Position numbers and translations under genes: made by a program. This document shows positions 40,164 through 55,981 of a DNA stretch of 64,000 nucleotides, piece by piece; position 1 is the first letter of the stretch; each line of letters begins with the position of its first letter. The notes under the pieces were generated by a model. That model saw nothing but the letters and a program-made list of their open reading frames with translations, was not told the origin of the DNA and did no database searches. Origin of the DNA: Paramecium tetraurelia (Eukaryota). The stretch lies in the NCBI GenBank assembly GCA_000165425.1, contig CT868607.1, positions 62,001 to 126,000 of the forward strand, written 5' to 3'.

Positions 40164-41068
40164 TCAAATTTCGATATGATTTTTTAATTGAAAAAATACA
40201 ATCACTTCTATAACGATGATAGCAATAGATCCACTTAAATAAATGTATTTAGTTAATTGGGTTTATTTAGTGCTATTAGTTAATTGCAATTATTGCTGCT
40301 TTTTTTGCTCATATGAAAAGTATTATCCCAATATCATACATTAGGTGCCAAATAAGAGAGATCCAACCATTAAAATCCCATGAAACTTAAGACTTGTTAT
40401 ATACATGATAGATAACACAATAACTACTTTAATTAGGGTGAGACCGTAATCTTGACTCCCTTGAAGATCAAAATAAAATTATAATTATTGTTGTGCAGAA
40501 CACTTTTCTTGTTTATAGTATTGTATATTTACATAACATTTGTTGTTGCAAATATAAAGCGTAGCCGATTGCCCCAATATGGAAGGAACCACAGACTCTA
40601 TAATAATCAATGACATTTAAGTACCCAACTTGTTAACTAACGATGGCTTAAAATAGAGTTGAGGAGATCCCACTCATAAAGTAAATCAGGATTGTGTTTC
40701 TAAATCCTATATTATGTTCAATGAATGAAAAAAAATGCATTTTAAAGAGCAGCGAGAAGAACAAGTGAGTTTCGTTTTTGTGTTGTTCTAGACTCAATAA
40801 CAATCTCCAGAATTCTGACTTTGTGTAAATGGGGTACAATTGACCAAAATTAAACAAGACTTTTTGATGTGGTCGGAGAGTAAACATCTAGGTTTGTTGG
40901 TATGTTAAGGAAATGAAGTAATGAAGAAGATCAATGATAATAATCCAATAAGTGAAACTGTTTCTCTAATTAAATTGGATTCTTTACTTTCATTAATGGG
41001 CAAATTGAATAATGGAGCATTTGAAGGAATGATTCTTCTCTGGGATTTGACTAAATTTAAGAGTTCAT
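40164..41068 (-). CDS. Rhomboid-superfamily membrane protein, probably inactive
   Basis: L1 loop EFWRLL, H-x4-H (HKNETHLFF), IEHNIG and IYFMSG match rhomboid TM1-TM3. No canonical GxSG was found. Downstream exon model ambiguous. Confidence 0.7.
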
Positions 41069-41133
41069 TTTTTTATTATATTTATTTTAATATCGCCTTG
41101 GAAATTATTTACAAAACTAATTTAAATAAAAAC

Positions 41134-43113
41134 ATGAACCTTTTTGCAGAATTTGTTAATCTTCACTATTCCCCAACCCCTTAAGAGCAAGAACTTCTAG
41201 AAGAAATCAAAAGCGAGAACTTGATATAACCAATTGAAGAATAAGCCAATCCATTCAAATTCAAAGGGCTCCTCGATTCCTACCTAGATTCCTACAACAG
41301 AACTTAACCATAGAGAATCAAAGACCATCTCAATAAATTTCATTAACCAATATCAGATTGGGTTGATCAACCTGTATTTTTGTGGGAAATCCCTCGGGAA
41401 GTCTTAGACCAATTAAATAGAGGATACTTTAAATTATAAAATATAAGACATAATCATGGTTCAGAATCAGTTATGTTGACTCAACAACTCAAAGCAGCCC
41501 AAGACAACACAGAAAAGTCATATTTCTCAATGACCCTGTCAAAATACCTGGATTACTTACATGATCCAATAGATTTCTTTTTCAGGAACAAGTAATATAA
41601 TCCAAACAAATTACTCTCCTTGTTTGATCTACAGATTGAGAGTTGGGAGGAAGAGTCCTTTAAATTATATGAATACATCCCTTAATGCTTTTTAAAGGAG
41701 GATGGTTTGAGTTACTTAAGAACAAAGATCAAAAATGTTAATGAACTCCAAATTAACATCATGACTCCAGGAAGTTGGTAAGGAGCAAAGCAAGAACCTG
41801 GAGCAGTCAATCGAATCAACTTGAATCATGGACCTGGAGACTGTTTATGGATTGTTATTGACCCGGAACATATTGAAAACTTATTCTAAAATGAAAAACA
41901 ATTTATTCTATAACAAGGAGAATGCTATTTGTAAAGAGAATGCTTAAAGAAACACGGCATCCCTTATAAGAGATTCATTTAAAAACCTGGAGACCTCGTA
42001 ATTTTAGGGGCCGGAGCCTTCTATTAAATGGAATGCTTATCTACTACAATCACCACTGGTTGGAGTTACTTGGCTATGAATTCATATTCTTATCAATAAA
42101 TGATGAAAAGATAATAGATCAATATCAAATACTAAATCAAACCCGAGTTCCCTCTCAAAAACCTATTTTTGGATATATATATCCATAACTAGAATGAACA
42201 ATTGAGAATTTATCTACTAGAATTCATAAATTAAGAGCAAAAAGTAATAAGAGAATTGATACAAAAGAAGAAGATTTATACATTGGATATTAATTATTTA
42301 ATGAGAAAACATTGCTTTTGTGTTGAATGCAAAGAGGAAATATTTATATTTTGTTATCATATCTAACAAAAAGTCCTTTGCTTGAAATGTGACAAAAACT
42401 ATTAAGTCCAATGTTAATACAATGTCAACATTTTATAACTTCTCTTATCCTCTGAAGAACCCATAAAATGTTCGTATCACTATTGTTCTTAATATGAATA
42501 ACAAAACATTAAGTGCACAGCTAAATTTAAACAATCAAAAAAGAAGAAAGCTAAAAGTCCTTAATCAATAAAGGAGAGTTCCACTTCAAATATAGAGAAT
42601 ATACTCAGATAGAAGAGTTATATTTAAGAGGAAGAAAAGGAATCTAATCAATAAAAACAAACTAAGAAATCAGATAAAAAACAAAATAATCGGGAAATCA
42701 AAGTTAAAGGTGAATAAGCTGATCCTTCTAAACAACTCAAATCTAAAAAACATGGAACTAACAAAGATACATAGAATTAAGAATCAAAATAAATATAAAA
42801 CCCAGAAAAGATGGATGATGATAGCAATAAGGTAATCTAGATTGTAGATGAACCTCCTAATCTTAAGACTTATGTAATTACAACCAGAAAGAGAAAGTAA
42901 ATATTGGAAATTAAAAAAGATGAGGAATTTAAGAAAAAGAAATAATCTTCTGTTAAACCAGTAATTAAATCAGATAAACAGAAACAAAAATTCACATCTA
43001 TTTACAACAAAGTTAGATTATCAGAAGAAGAAATGAATGAGATCTTAGGCCTTTAAAATTAGCAATCACAAGACAGAATTTACAAAAAAGGTGAGAAGAT
43101 TTTAACACTTTGA
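41134..43113 (+). CDS. KDM6 (UTX/JMJD3)-like JmjC protein with zinc domain, predicted catalytically inactive
   Basis: Apparently intronless 659-aa ORF. It contains NELQINIMTPGSWQGAKQE...INLNHGPGDCLW...RFIQKPGDLVILGAGAFYQM...TGW, then CVEC...CLKC and a K/E-rich tail. Confidence 0.85.
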
Positions 43114-43307
43114 AAATGCATTCATAGTTGAAATTACATATATATATGAATATCTATTAAATAATTGAATTTATTTGATTTATATTTTATTAGATATTTT
43201 TGTATTATATAAAAAAGAGATTTAAATAAATACAAACTATTCTCATTCATTTTAAATATTTAATACATTTTAAGATTATGAATGAATAGCATGCTAAGAT
43301 AAGTGTC

Positions 43308-45579
43308 TCAAAAACCTCGGTTTTTCTTTTTTTGTACATTATGATGATTTTCTTTACTATTATTCCTGAATCTAATTATTTGAATTAATTTGGGCTTGAT
43401 CGTTTGGTTTAGCTCTCAAATTCGACAACAATATACTTTAGTCTGAAACTTATTACTTTGTAAACCCAGTATAATCTGAGATCACTCTTTATCTCTTATC
43501 TTCTCCATCATTTATATCTATAGTTTTTATTATACTAGATGTCATTCTAGCTTAGCTACAAATTAATTGTTTTTAACTTACAATGTTGATTGATCATTTT
43601 CAATTTATGAGGCATTAAATGGATTTGAAAATTAACTTTACTTTCTGAACCTTGATTTCCAATCACTTTACTTAACCAATTACAAAAAGCCAAGGTTGGC
43701 CTAAAATATTTCTGGTTTCTCTCCCTCTTTCTTTTTTATTTAATCTTTTTTCGAACATAAACTCAACTCCAATTTGCACTTAGAACAACCCAAATTAGCC
43801 CCTAAACTAATTATTGATAAGCCCTATAATTTACTTAAATAATTAGGTAGCAAATTAATTATTATTTTCACTCTGTGCTATTTTACCTCTATAATAAAAT
43901 GTTAGATTCTCAGCTTTATGCTATATTTAATCATAAGAATCCAATAATTGCAGAAATACTGGTATGTTGATTCTATTAATAACTAAATTATTATATTTTC
44001 TTTCTAACATTAGCCTAGCACAGTCTATATTACCCTTCATTGCCCCTTGTTCCAAAATCAATTCCGCCATCATTTGATTTGGCTGCACTTCATCCTTAAT
44101 ACCTTCAATCAAGATTTTGGCCAAATCATAATAGGCAGGCAAGTAATCATTATTTTTAGCCTCCAATAACAATTGATAAACAAATTATATCCTATTCTTT
44201 CAAATATTAAGGTTAAAATACTTTGTAAATGGATATTTTGTACATCTTTTAATAGAGTTTAGCTAATTTATATTTGGCTTCTACATTTTCCTGTTTTCTA
44301 GCATGCTTGAGATAGATCTCAGATTATGAGTAATCACTTTCCAAAATAACTTGAAATATTTAATTGTTTATACAATCATCTAATTTATGTCCATAACAAT
44401 ATAAGTCTCCCAAATAAATCTGTGATTCAACATGTCCTGAATCAGACGCTATTTTAAGCATTGAAATTGCAAATTGGCACTCATCATCCCTAGGATTTCT
44501 TGGATTATCGAATTTACTGGTTGATTTTTAGGCTTCTCCAAATACTTTATTTTAGACTTTTCCTTCCTTAAATTAATTTTAAGAATATGGTTACTAATAT
44601 TAGTTTTGCCATAAAATAAATGCCGATTGGACAATTTTGGTCAGCACTCTCTGAAAAGTATTGATAAGCCTATATAAATAGTCTTGATATTGTTACTTTA
44701 TCATAATCTTATTCACAAAATTGGCCTTCCAAAATTAATTAACCCAATATAGCTTTGGCTATGGGATAGTCCTATTTGGCTAGATCTTCAAATAGGGCAA
44801 TCGATTGTAATTAATTCTTTTAAAGGCCTAATCCAGAATATTGTTGCAAAGCCTTAAGGATATTTTTTTATTAGACGGATTACGTTTAAATGAGTTTCTT
44901 TTGGTCTAAAATGAGTGAGGAGGGTTTGGATGATGAAATTTGAGTTTTTTCTTGTATGATAGTTATTTTCCATTGTTCTATTTTATTGAGTAGATCAGTT
45001 TCCCTTATTAATGAATCCTTTTAAATTTTGATGGTTGCTTGCTAGTTTTCTAATAAAATTAGATTTTCCCAAAAAAATGTATAATGTTGTAATTTTCTTA
45101 CGTATTAATCAAATTATTATAATAGTATCATTTTACCACAAGATTTCGAAGAGAATAGTAATTAAAATAAATCTTATAAATCCTATAATATTCGATTGGT
45201 ATCTCGTTCTATATTTAATATAGTTTAATTAATCAAAATTCGAATTTTCTCGTGCTGTGATATTTCTTCTACAATTTTATATAATTTATTAAGAGTCTAA
45301 GTAGTCATTTCTTTTTCATAAGGTTTCATAAAATTTGACTGGTTTGTCAATACCAACAGTGAAGCTATGATCACATAACAAAGACATACTTATCATATTG
45401 GTAGTCATTTGGTCTTTAAAAACCAATTTCTTTGCTTAGGAGTCTTAAAAATAACTTGGAAATACTTTCTCCAAATATTTTTGAAACTCCAATACGCAGT
45501 CGTCTAGAATAGTCGATTAAATAGAATTCCCTATGGTACTGTACAAATTAGGGATTATTTAATCTATTCCTAAATTCAT
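43308..45579 (-). CDS. Sel1-like repeat protein
   Basis: Repeats such as YSGLGLQKNQLQSIALFEDLAKQDYPIAKAILG and AKNNDYLPAYYDLAKILIEG, GAMKGNIDC. The frame extends upstream to ATG 45579 via a 25-nt intron. Confidence 0.72.
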
Positions 45580-45698
45580 ATTATATTTTAATATTAATTT
45601 ATAAAAGTAAAATGGCCTCCACACTTCGGAACATTTAGAGTGAAATAATGGTGATTAGCAAAAACAAAAATTATATTATATTTAATTCAATGGTGAAG

Positions 45699-46424
45699 TC
45701 AATCTTGTTCGATTGATTTCCTTTCTGAGTTTAACTAATTTTATTAACTTAACATAAATTGAGTTTTGAATTACTACAATTAAATAAATTGTACATCCAA
45801 GTATCCTGGAGGAAATTTGATGTTGATATTCAAATCAGTGACTGTTTCACCATTTTATTAGGCTTCGATAATCATTTTCTAGATTAAATCAAAATATAAG
45901 AGATTTTTACAGCAAATTTTTCTCGGTCTGTTTTGTTCCCTCCATCATGCTTTAATTTGATGTGCAAGTTCAAAGAAACATCACTTCCATATTACTTATT
46001 ACATTTCTCATACGGACAGACGAATGATTTCTCTATTTCTTAAGAAGTTCGTCTGTTTTTCTTTTTGTGACGATAACTTAGAGCTTGATGCAACTCTTGT
46101 TGTAATTTCTATGCCATTTTACTAATACATTACATCGATTTCAGTTATTAATTCATGCAATTTTTAATTTTAAGAATGCAATTCATTCACTTTTTTTATA
46201 GTCATTTCATTCAGAATATAATATCTCCAGAACTCCTTGTAGTAATTGATGTCATTATTATATTCTAATTTTGAATAAGACATTCAAGTACCTTAATTTT
46301 AATCCTTATTTTGAAGTAATAATTCCGTAGATTGATCATCAAGCGATGATTTCACCTCTTATAACTGTTTCAATTTCCTATTTAATTCATCATCAACAAT
46401 ATTCCAATCCCTAGTCTTATTCAT
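45699..46424 (-). CDS. C2H2 zinc-finger protein
   Basis: RRTSQEIEKSFVCPYEKCNKQYGSDVSLNLHIKLKH; four mini-introns. Confidence 0.87.
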
Positions 46425-46790
46425 TAACTGTAATATATATTTATAATTAAATCAAATAATAATAATTCAAAAGAATGATTAGATATTCCTTCTCATTTAT
46501 TTTTCCCCTCTCCTCTTCAACATATATTTCCATCAAAATTACAATAGAATAATAATGGTTGTCATAGCATGAGTATCAATTTTCTATTCTCTTCTTGATA
46601 ATACTATAAATCAGTAACAATTCAATAGAACTTGAATTTAACATCATTATTATGAGAATTGGCATCTGCTTTTACCATAAATTAGTATGTCAGTGTCTTT
46701 TTTCACAATAACAAAGGTTTTTTTCAAATAGAAAAATTGATGCCAATTTTGCTGTAAGTGAAGTGCAAATAAAATTAGAAATAATTATTA

Positions 46791-49700
46791 ATGTAAATAG
46801 AATTCCGAGAGTTTAAAGAAAAGTATTTTCCTTTAAAATTGATTGATTTGAGTAGGTTATATCCGAATATTAAGACTACAAAAGATGGAAATCTAATAAA
46901 GACTATAAGTTTTTCAGTGAAAAGTAATTGGAATATTTGGAAATAAAACTTAAAACTAGAAATAGAATATTAGGTTAATTTGAGTCATCAATTTCCTAAT
47001 CATATCTTACATATTATTGATTGGGCAGCTGAAATTCAATCAGTTTCGGTGATAGTTTACATTACATATAATTGTAAGTCTAATGCAAAGTCTCTAAATA
47101 GTTTTCTTAATACTTCTATGATAAGCGAATAGCAGAAGTTATAAATAGCAGAATAACTAATTGAGATTGCATCTATTTTGGAATTATCAGATATTTAGCA
47201 TAGAAATATTAAACTTAATAATTTTATATTGATTGACAATAAGACATACTTAACTGATTTTGGAAGTGCAAGAACACATTACAATCATTATACAAAATAG
47301 AGTGCAAATTCTGAAGAAAGGCAGAAATAGAATGAAACACTTTTTTATAGTTCTCCTGAGATTATGGAGATCCTCACTTAAGATAATATAGATTTTCAAG
47401 AGAATGAATGGGCATAAATATTTTAGAATGAACAATACAAAAAGGTGATTCTTAAGAGAAATGATAATTGGAGTATCAGCATCATCTTATTGTAACTATT
47501 GTCATTTCAAACTTAAATACCAGATGATATCAAAAGTTTCTATGGATATGATATAGCTAAATTTGATTAAGAAATCAGAAAGCAAGCAACTAATCCTTAT
47601 TTTAGGGTAATAACAGAGATAATTAAGTAATTGTCATTTGGGAAAATATCTGCTTTGACTTGTCTTGAACAGTTAAAAAAGTAGATTCCTAGAAGTGATA
47701 CTGAGAATAAGCAACATAAATAAATTATGAAAGAGGATTACAACATTCTCAATTTATAATTAAAAAGGCAAATACAAATTAATACTAAACTTGATTACTA
47801 TTATCTATCTTAAGCTTAATTAACATAATTATAATAAGTTAATGATTAGGATGCATAAAAAAATGATCAGACTAAATAAAATAAAACAAATGCCAAACCT
47901 TAGTAGTATGAAATCAAAAAACAGCAAGAATTAAATTAAGTTAAAGAACCAGTCAATGATTGCAAGTCATATTTTTTGGATGAAAATTCAATTTAAATCT
48001 TCTCTCCAAAGAACAATGAAGAAGAATAATTTGGAAATGGTATTCTGAAATAATTATGTGATTATGAGAGTTCATCATTTGAAGAATAAAAACTAATCAA
48101 AGTAAACCATGTTTCATTAAGCTCTTTCAATAACAACGATTAAACCCTCTTACTTACTCAATTAAATGATGACAATCATATTAAGGATTAAAACAAATAG
48201 AAATAAATTAAAGCACAAAATTATGATCAATAAAAGCCATCTTAACTTTAAGTATTGACTGATGACAAAGAATAAGTGCAAAAAAAGGATTAGATAAAAA
48301 CTGTATCCCATCTATTGAATAATCAAAAAAAACAATACACTTTAAACCAAATAGTCGATTAGAAGTCATCTAAATCCCCTATAGTTTTAGGATAAACTCA
48401 ATATTAGTTTCCTGTTTAATAAACTGTCATTAAGAATATCAGCAATGTTCAAGAGTTAGAAACATATAAAAATAATGAATCTAGTTACAGTCCTAAATTC
48501 TAAGTTGATCAATAACAAAGGTAGATAAATATTATTCCTCTGAATTAATCAACATAAATAATTAAAAAAGTGGAACCTAAAGCAGAGGAATTACCCAAAT
48601 TATCACATGTGATAGAAATCATTAACAATTCTAATTCTCCTTAAATTGTTAAAACTCAAAACTCAAACTCTTTTCACTAAATTCAAATTCCCAAAAATTA
48701 ATAGGAACTAAACTAAGTATTTTAAACAAACCTAATATTATATCAATAAGACTTTCCGTTTGAAGAATAAAATAGTCAAAAAGATTAGATGAGTTAATCC
48801 ATAATTGAATTTAATAAAGATCCTCAATTTTAAACTGCAACTCAAATTTAAGATTTTGATTTATGTACTTCTAGAAAGCAAAGGGAAAACACAAACACGG
48901 GATAAAATCATTTTATAAATGATTTAAATTTGATAGAAATGAAAGAGAGTCAATAAATATCAATTTTGAAAGATTACAATGAGAAAAAAGATTTTAATAA
49001 TCAAGAACTTATATAAATTTAGAATCCTCTTTAATTGAATGAAGAAAGCTCTCAAATTGTAAAGAACCAATAAAATGAAATTTATATTATGGAGCAAGTA
49101 AATAGCAATTCATAATCATCCAACGGCGATTGTCCTTAAATCATCTAAATAGCAAAACTACAATAAGATTAGAATAATTCCCTAAATCAAGACGAGAATT
49201 GTAATGGACCTAATAAAGTATTATAATTAGTTAAGGATTAACCTGGTGAAGCGTCTGAGATTTTTGATAATGATTCAAAAAAGCTGGATAATTACCAAAC
49301 TGATAATCTATTAAAGATAGAAGTACTAAAACTATTAAATAGTCAATAATTATTCAAATACTAAGAGTTGTTATTGAAAAAGAAGCACAGTAAATAGGAC
49401 AACGAAGAGGAAATAGATAAACAATTACAAACAATTGAATAAATTTAAAATATAAAAGAGAAATTAAATTATACAAGAGAATAGGAATTAATATTGTTGA
49501 ATTAAGAAGAATTGAATTAGATGAATGAATAATAATTAGATAGGTATATCCTTAACCTATAAAACATATTAGAAAATAGTGATCAGACACAAAAAGATAA
49601 TGATCCTTCTTAAGGTGAAATAGAAATATGTTTACAAAATGTAATAAAAGCTAAGAAAAAATTAGTTTAGATTTAAGAGAGGGAGAATAATGAAGAGAAT

Positions 49701-50894
49701 CATGTGAATTAGAAATTCTAAAATTTTATACTCTAACCTAATTAAAATAATTTTCTGTCAAAATAAGATTTTGAGGATCTCTCCTACCCTCAATAAATCT
49801 AGTATTGTAATATAGTGTAGTAGATGATAAATTTAGAATTGAAAATTTAAAAGGGATATTTGAATTAATAATATTAACAATAATAAAAAGTTGTGAATGG
49901 GTTTAAAAAGGCGTAAGAGATGGTGCTTACTAGGTCATTGATTAATTTTAATGGTTTTGAAACAAGTTAAAAGATCGAAGGTAAGAAACAGAATAATGGA
50001 TTAACTATTGTGAATCCCTTGCGACAGTCTTCAGTAACAGATGAAATAGCACCATTTTTGATGTAAGATTTCGAATCATAATAATAATTGTTTAATAGAG
50101 TATCAACCAAATCTCCTCCGAATTCAAAGAGTGGATACACTGATAAATATAATTTTTAGAAATGTTTAGAAAATCTAAAGGATTTTGAAATTTGGTCAAC
50201 TAATCCAAGAATCAAGAAATTCCAAAAATGGAAAAGATTTTCTTAGCCAAATTTTGAAATTCCAATAGAATATAGAGTGTTATCTGATTATCAAAACAAT
50301 AGGAAGAAAATAGAAAATCAATAATTTGAATATGGAGGTTATACTTAAAATAACTAAGCACATGGATTTGGGATCATGATGAAAAGGCTAAAAGGGGCAA
50401 TATATGAAGGTATTTTCGAGAAAGGAAAGTTTATTTATGGAATAGCATTGGAGTTAAATAATGAAAGTCGTTTGTAGAAATATATTGGGTCTTACAATAC
50501 TGATTATGATATTAAACATGGTTAATGTAAAATGACATGGTATGATGAAGTAAGGAATAGTTAATTTTAAATATATGAAGAACACTCTGGGTTGATGATT
50601 TATGGACTATTACATGGGGAAGGAAAGAGATGGAATGTGAAAGAAAGATGGTTATATATTGGATTTTGGAAGAAATCGGTGAGAAGTGGAGTGGGGAAGT
50701 ACTATGTAAAGAAGGAGAACGAGGAATTGGAACTGAAGTACTAAGGAGAGTTTTGTAATGACACCTATCATGGAAAGGGACAATTTTATCATAATGATCA
50801 TATCTACGAAGAGGGGGAATACAGGAATGGGAAGAAGATTGGACCTCATTTGTTGTATAAAGATAATGTACTCTAAAAAACTATTAATTATTGA
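46791..50894 (+). CDS. Pseudokinase + long Q/N-rich linker + C-terminal MORN repeats (~1367 aa)
   Basis: Kinase-fold motifs QHRNIKLNNFIL, LTDFGSAR, FYSSPE and DNWS. MORN repeats YEGIFEKG, YIGFWKKSVRSGVG, YQGEFCNDTYHGKG. Start inferred from context. Confidence 0.8.
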
Positions 50895-50939
50895 AAAAAT
50901 TTTGTTTATATTATATTATTATTATTTTCATACACACGT

Positions 50940-51266
50940 ATGGCTATATTATTTGAAATATTGTTGTTGATTGGGTTTGCTGGGGCAAGTTTTTATATTG
51001 GATACAGGTATTCGATTGATTTTCAACCAAAAGTTGATGCACCATACAATCCAGTTGATGATATTGAGTCATCAAAGGGAAGAACAGGGGCGATTTCTAA
51101 ATCTCAGTATTAGGCAAGACAGAAGGAACTCGATAAGGTGTTGTAATAAATCGAGGAAGCCAAGCAAAAGGAGAAAAAGAAATTAGTTGAAATTGATTTA
51201 CTCAGAGCCAAATCTAAGGATAAAGTGCTTTCAGATTAAGAGTTTAATAATTTGTTAGATGAATGA
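50940..51266 (+). CDS. Small single-TM coiled-coil protein (108 aa)
   Basis: MAILFEILLLIGFAGASFYIGY followed by a K/E-rich helix; intronless ORF ending in TGA. Confidence 0.65.
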
Positions 51267-51356
51267 TATATATATATATTAACACATTAAATTCGTTTTA
51301 AACTTTGGCATAGCAATACACTTAATCATTAATTAAAATATAATTAGTACACGTTG

Positions 51357-52027
51357 ATGCTATAAATTCTATTGTTTTTAGTGGTTTCGACTTTTGCCCA
51401 GGAAGAGACTGAGGAAGAGATGTATTAGCTTATATGATATCAAAAGTCTTTCAAGGAAAATTGGAGCTTGTTGGATAAAGACAATTAAGGATATCAATAA
51501 TGAGAAGGAGAGTATGACTCAAATTATCGAGAGCGTTGAAAACGGAAACAAAACCTCAATATTTCACAAGATCCAAATGTAAATGATTTTGTCTTGTGTC
51601 TAAGTAATTGATGTGAATAGCGAGGTAAATGATCTCGATTATGAGTTAGATCTTATCCAGTTTGGCATACAAGGAAGTGGTGAAGGACTTTAATTACAAA
51701 CAATTCATTGGGATGGATGTAACTCTAACAAAGGAAGAGGAGGCTTTATTGAAGATAATTAAGAAATTGGAAAAGGATTTAGGTGAAATGGACAAGAAAA
51801 ACAAACTTAAATAATCCTATCAATAGACTCAGAAGGTTGAAACAGAGTGGTAGAACGCATGGAAGGAATAGTCCTAAGAGTCTTCCTTGTTATCAAAACC
51901 CAATTATTTCCATTATGCTTTTTTCCTAGTGCTGATTGTTGCTATTTTTGGAGGAGGTTATTGGAGTTTAAAATCTATCTAAGCAATGAACAATTAAAAG
52001 AATTCAAAATAACGAAAGAGAAATTGA
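51357..52027 (+). CDS. Predicted type I membrane protein (signal peptide, C-terminal TM, basic tail)
   Basis: MLQILLFLVVSTFA signal peptide; TM YAFFLVLIVAIFGGGYW; tail ending KQRKRN; two 25-nt introns. Confidence 0.7.
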
Positions 52028-52087
52028 TTTCTGTTTTAATTATATCTTAATATTGTTAATTATAAATATATATTAATATAAATTAGA

Positions 52088-52329
52088 ATGGATCAATCAG
52101 AACACGAGGCCAAAGAGATGCTCAAACCATATTTACAATAATTAGTTTAATTGGAGGAGGCTGATAAATTGAAGTAAGCGTAGATAACTGCCTTACGTTT
52201 GGCTATTGAATAATTGAAGCAATAAGCATTGGATCATCAGAAGAAATATGAGGAGGAATAAAAAAAGGAAGGTACTAAAGTGAGCGATTAATATCTTTAG
52301 CAAAGAAGAAGGCAGTTGTTAAGAAGTGA
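52088..52329 (+). CDS. Very small coiled-coil protein (~70 aa)
   Basis: MDQSEHEAKEMLKPYLQQLVQLEEADKLKQAQITALRLAIEQLK...; a 29-nt intron restores AKKKAVVKK-TGA. Confidence 0.6.
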
Positions 52330-52436
52330 TTTTATCAATGCATTTGTATTATAATTATTTAAGCAGATATTTGTATTATAAAAATATTATTATTAAACGA
52401 ATTTACGATTTTATTAATATAATATATATATCTTAA

Positions 52437-55015
<2,579 letters not shown>

Positions 55016-55119
55016 TCCTAAACTTAAAAAAATAATTATTAATATTTTCACATTAGGATGATTTGTTTAAATACAATTATTTTAGTATTCTATAGAGACA
55101 CTTGGAATTTATTATTATC

Positions 55120-55951
55120 ATGTCAATTTAACGAATTATGACTAAATCTCCATTGCGAACTCAATCTCACTCCACTGCAACCTTCACTCGAGATGATCAC
55201 AGGTATTCCACTGTCAAACAGACTAACATTCATTCAACACTGTAGCCTCAAATCTATAACTAACATGAGGACTTCAGAATATTCAAATGCAAATGTTAAG
55301 AATAATGACAAGATTATTGAAAGTCAACATTCATAAATCAATGAAATGAAGTACTCTTATCAATAATGTCTAGGCAATTCATTTCAGATTGTCAAATCAG
55401 TTTGATTCATTTTAAATAATAATTGGAAGATTAATTGTCTATCAAACAAAACTATGACTAAGAACTCAGACAACTCAATTAATTGGTTGCTTCCTTAAAA
55501 TCAGAGAACCAACAATTAGTATTGTTGTACAATGAAAAGAAAAACGAAGTGGAAGAACTTACTTCCAATAATCTAATTATCATTAATGACTTTAACAAGC
55601 AATTTGAGACTACTCTCAAGGCTCGCATTGAAAAAGATATCAAAGAGATCCACAACAAATACCTAAGGGTATGAGTCTTAGTCAAGCCTATAGGAAATCC
55701 AACTGCTTAAGACAAAACTATTCGAATAAGAAAAACTTGTTCATAATCAAGAAGTCATTCGATTATTGCAGAAGAAATGCGAGGACTTATTACAAAGCAT
55801 CGACTAAAAAAACTATTATATTGATGATCTACTCATCAAATACGGAGAATTAGATGAAAAATACGAGAATCTCAAAAAACAAATGTCCTAAAAGCTCTAT
55901 GAAGAAGAAATCTTAGATGACTTATCTATATTTAAATTAAACAAAAGTTGA
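55120..55951 (+). CDS. Hypothetical coiled-coil protein
   Basis: MSIQRIMTKSPLRTQSHSTATF... with heptad-rich exons and mini-introns; TGA at 55949-55951. Confidence 0.6.
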
Positions 55952-55981
55952 CTATCACTTTTTATTAATAAATTTTCAAAG

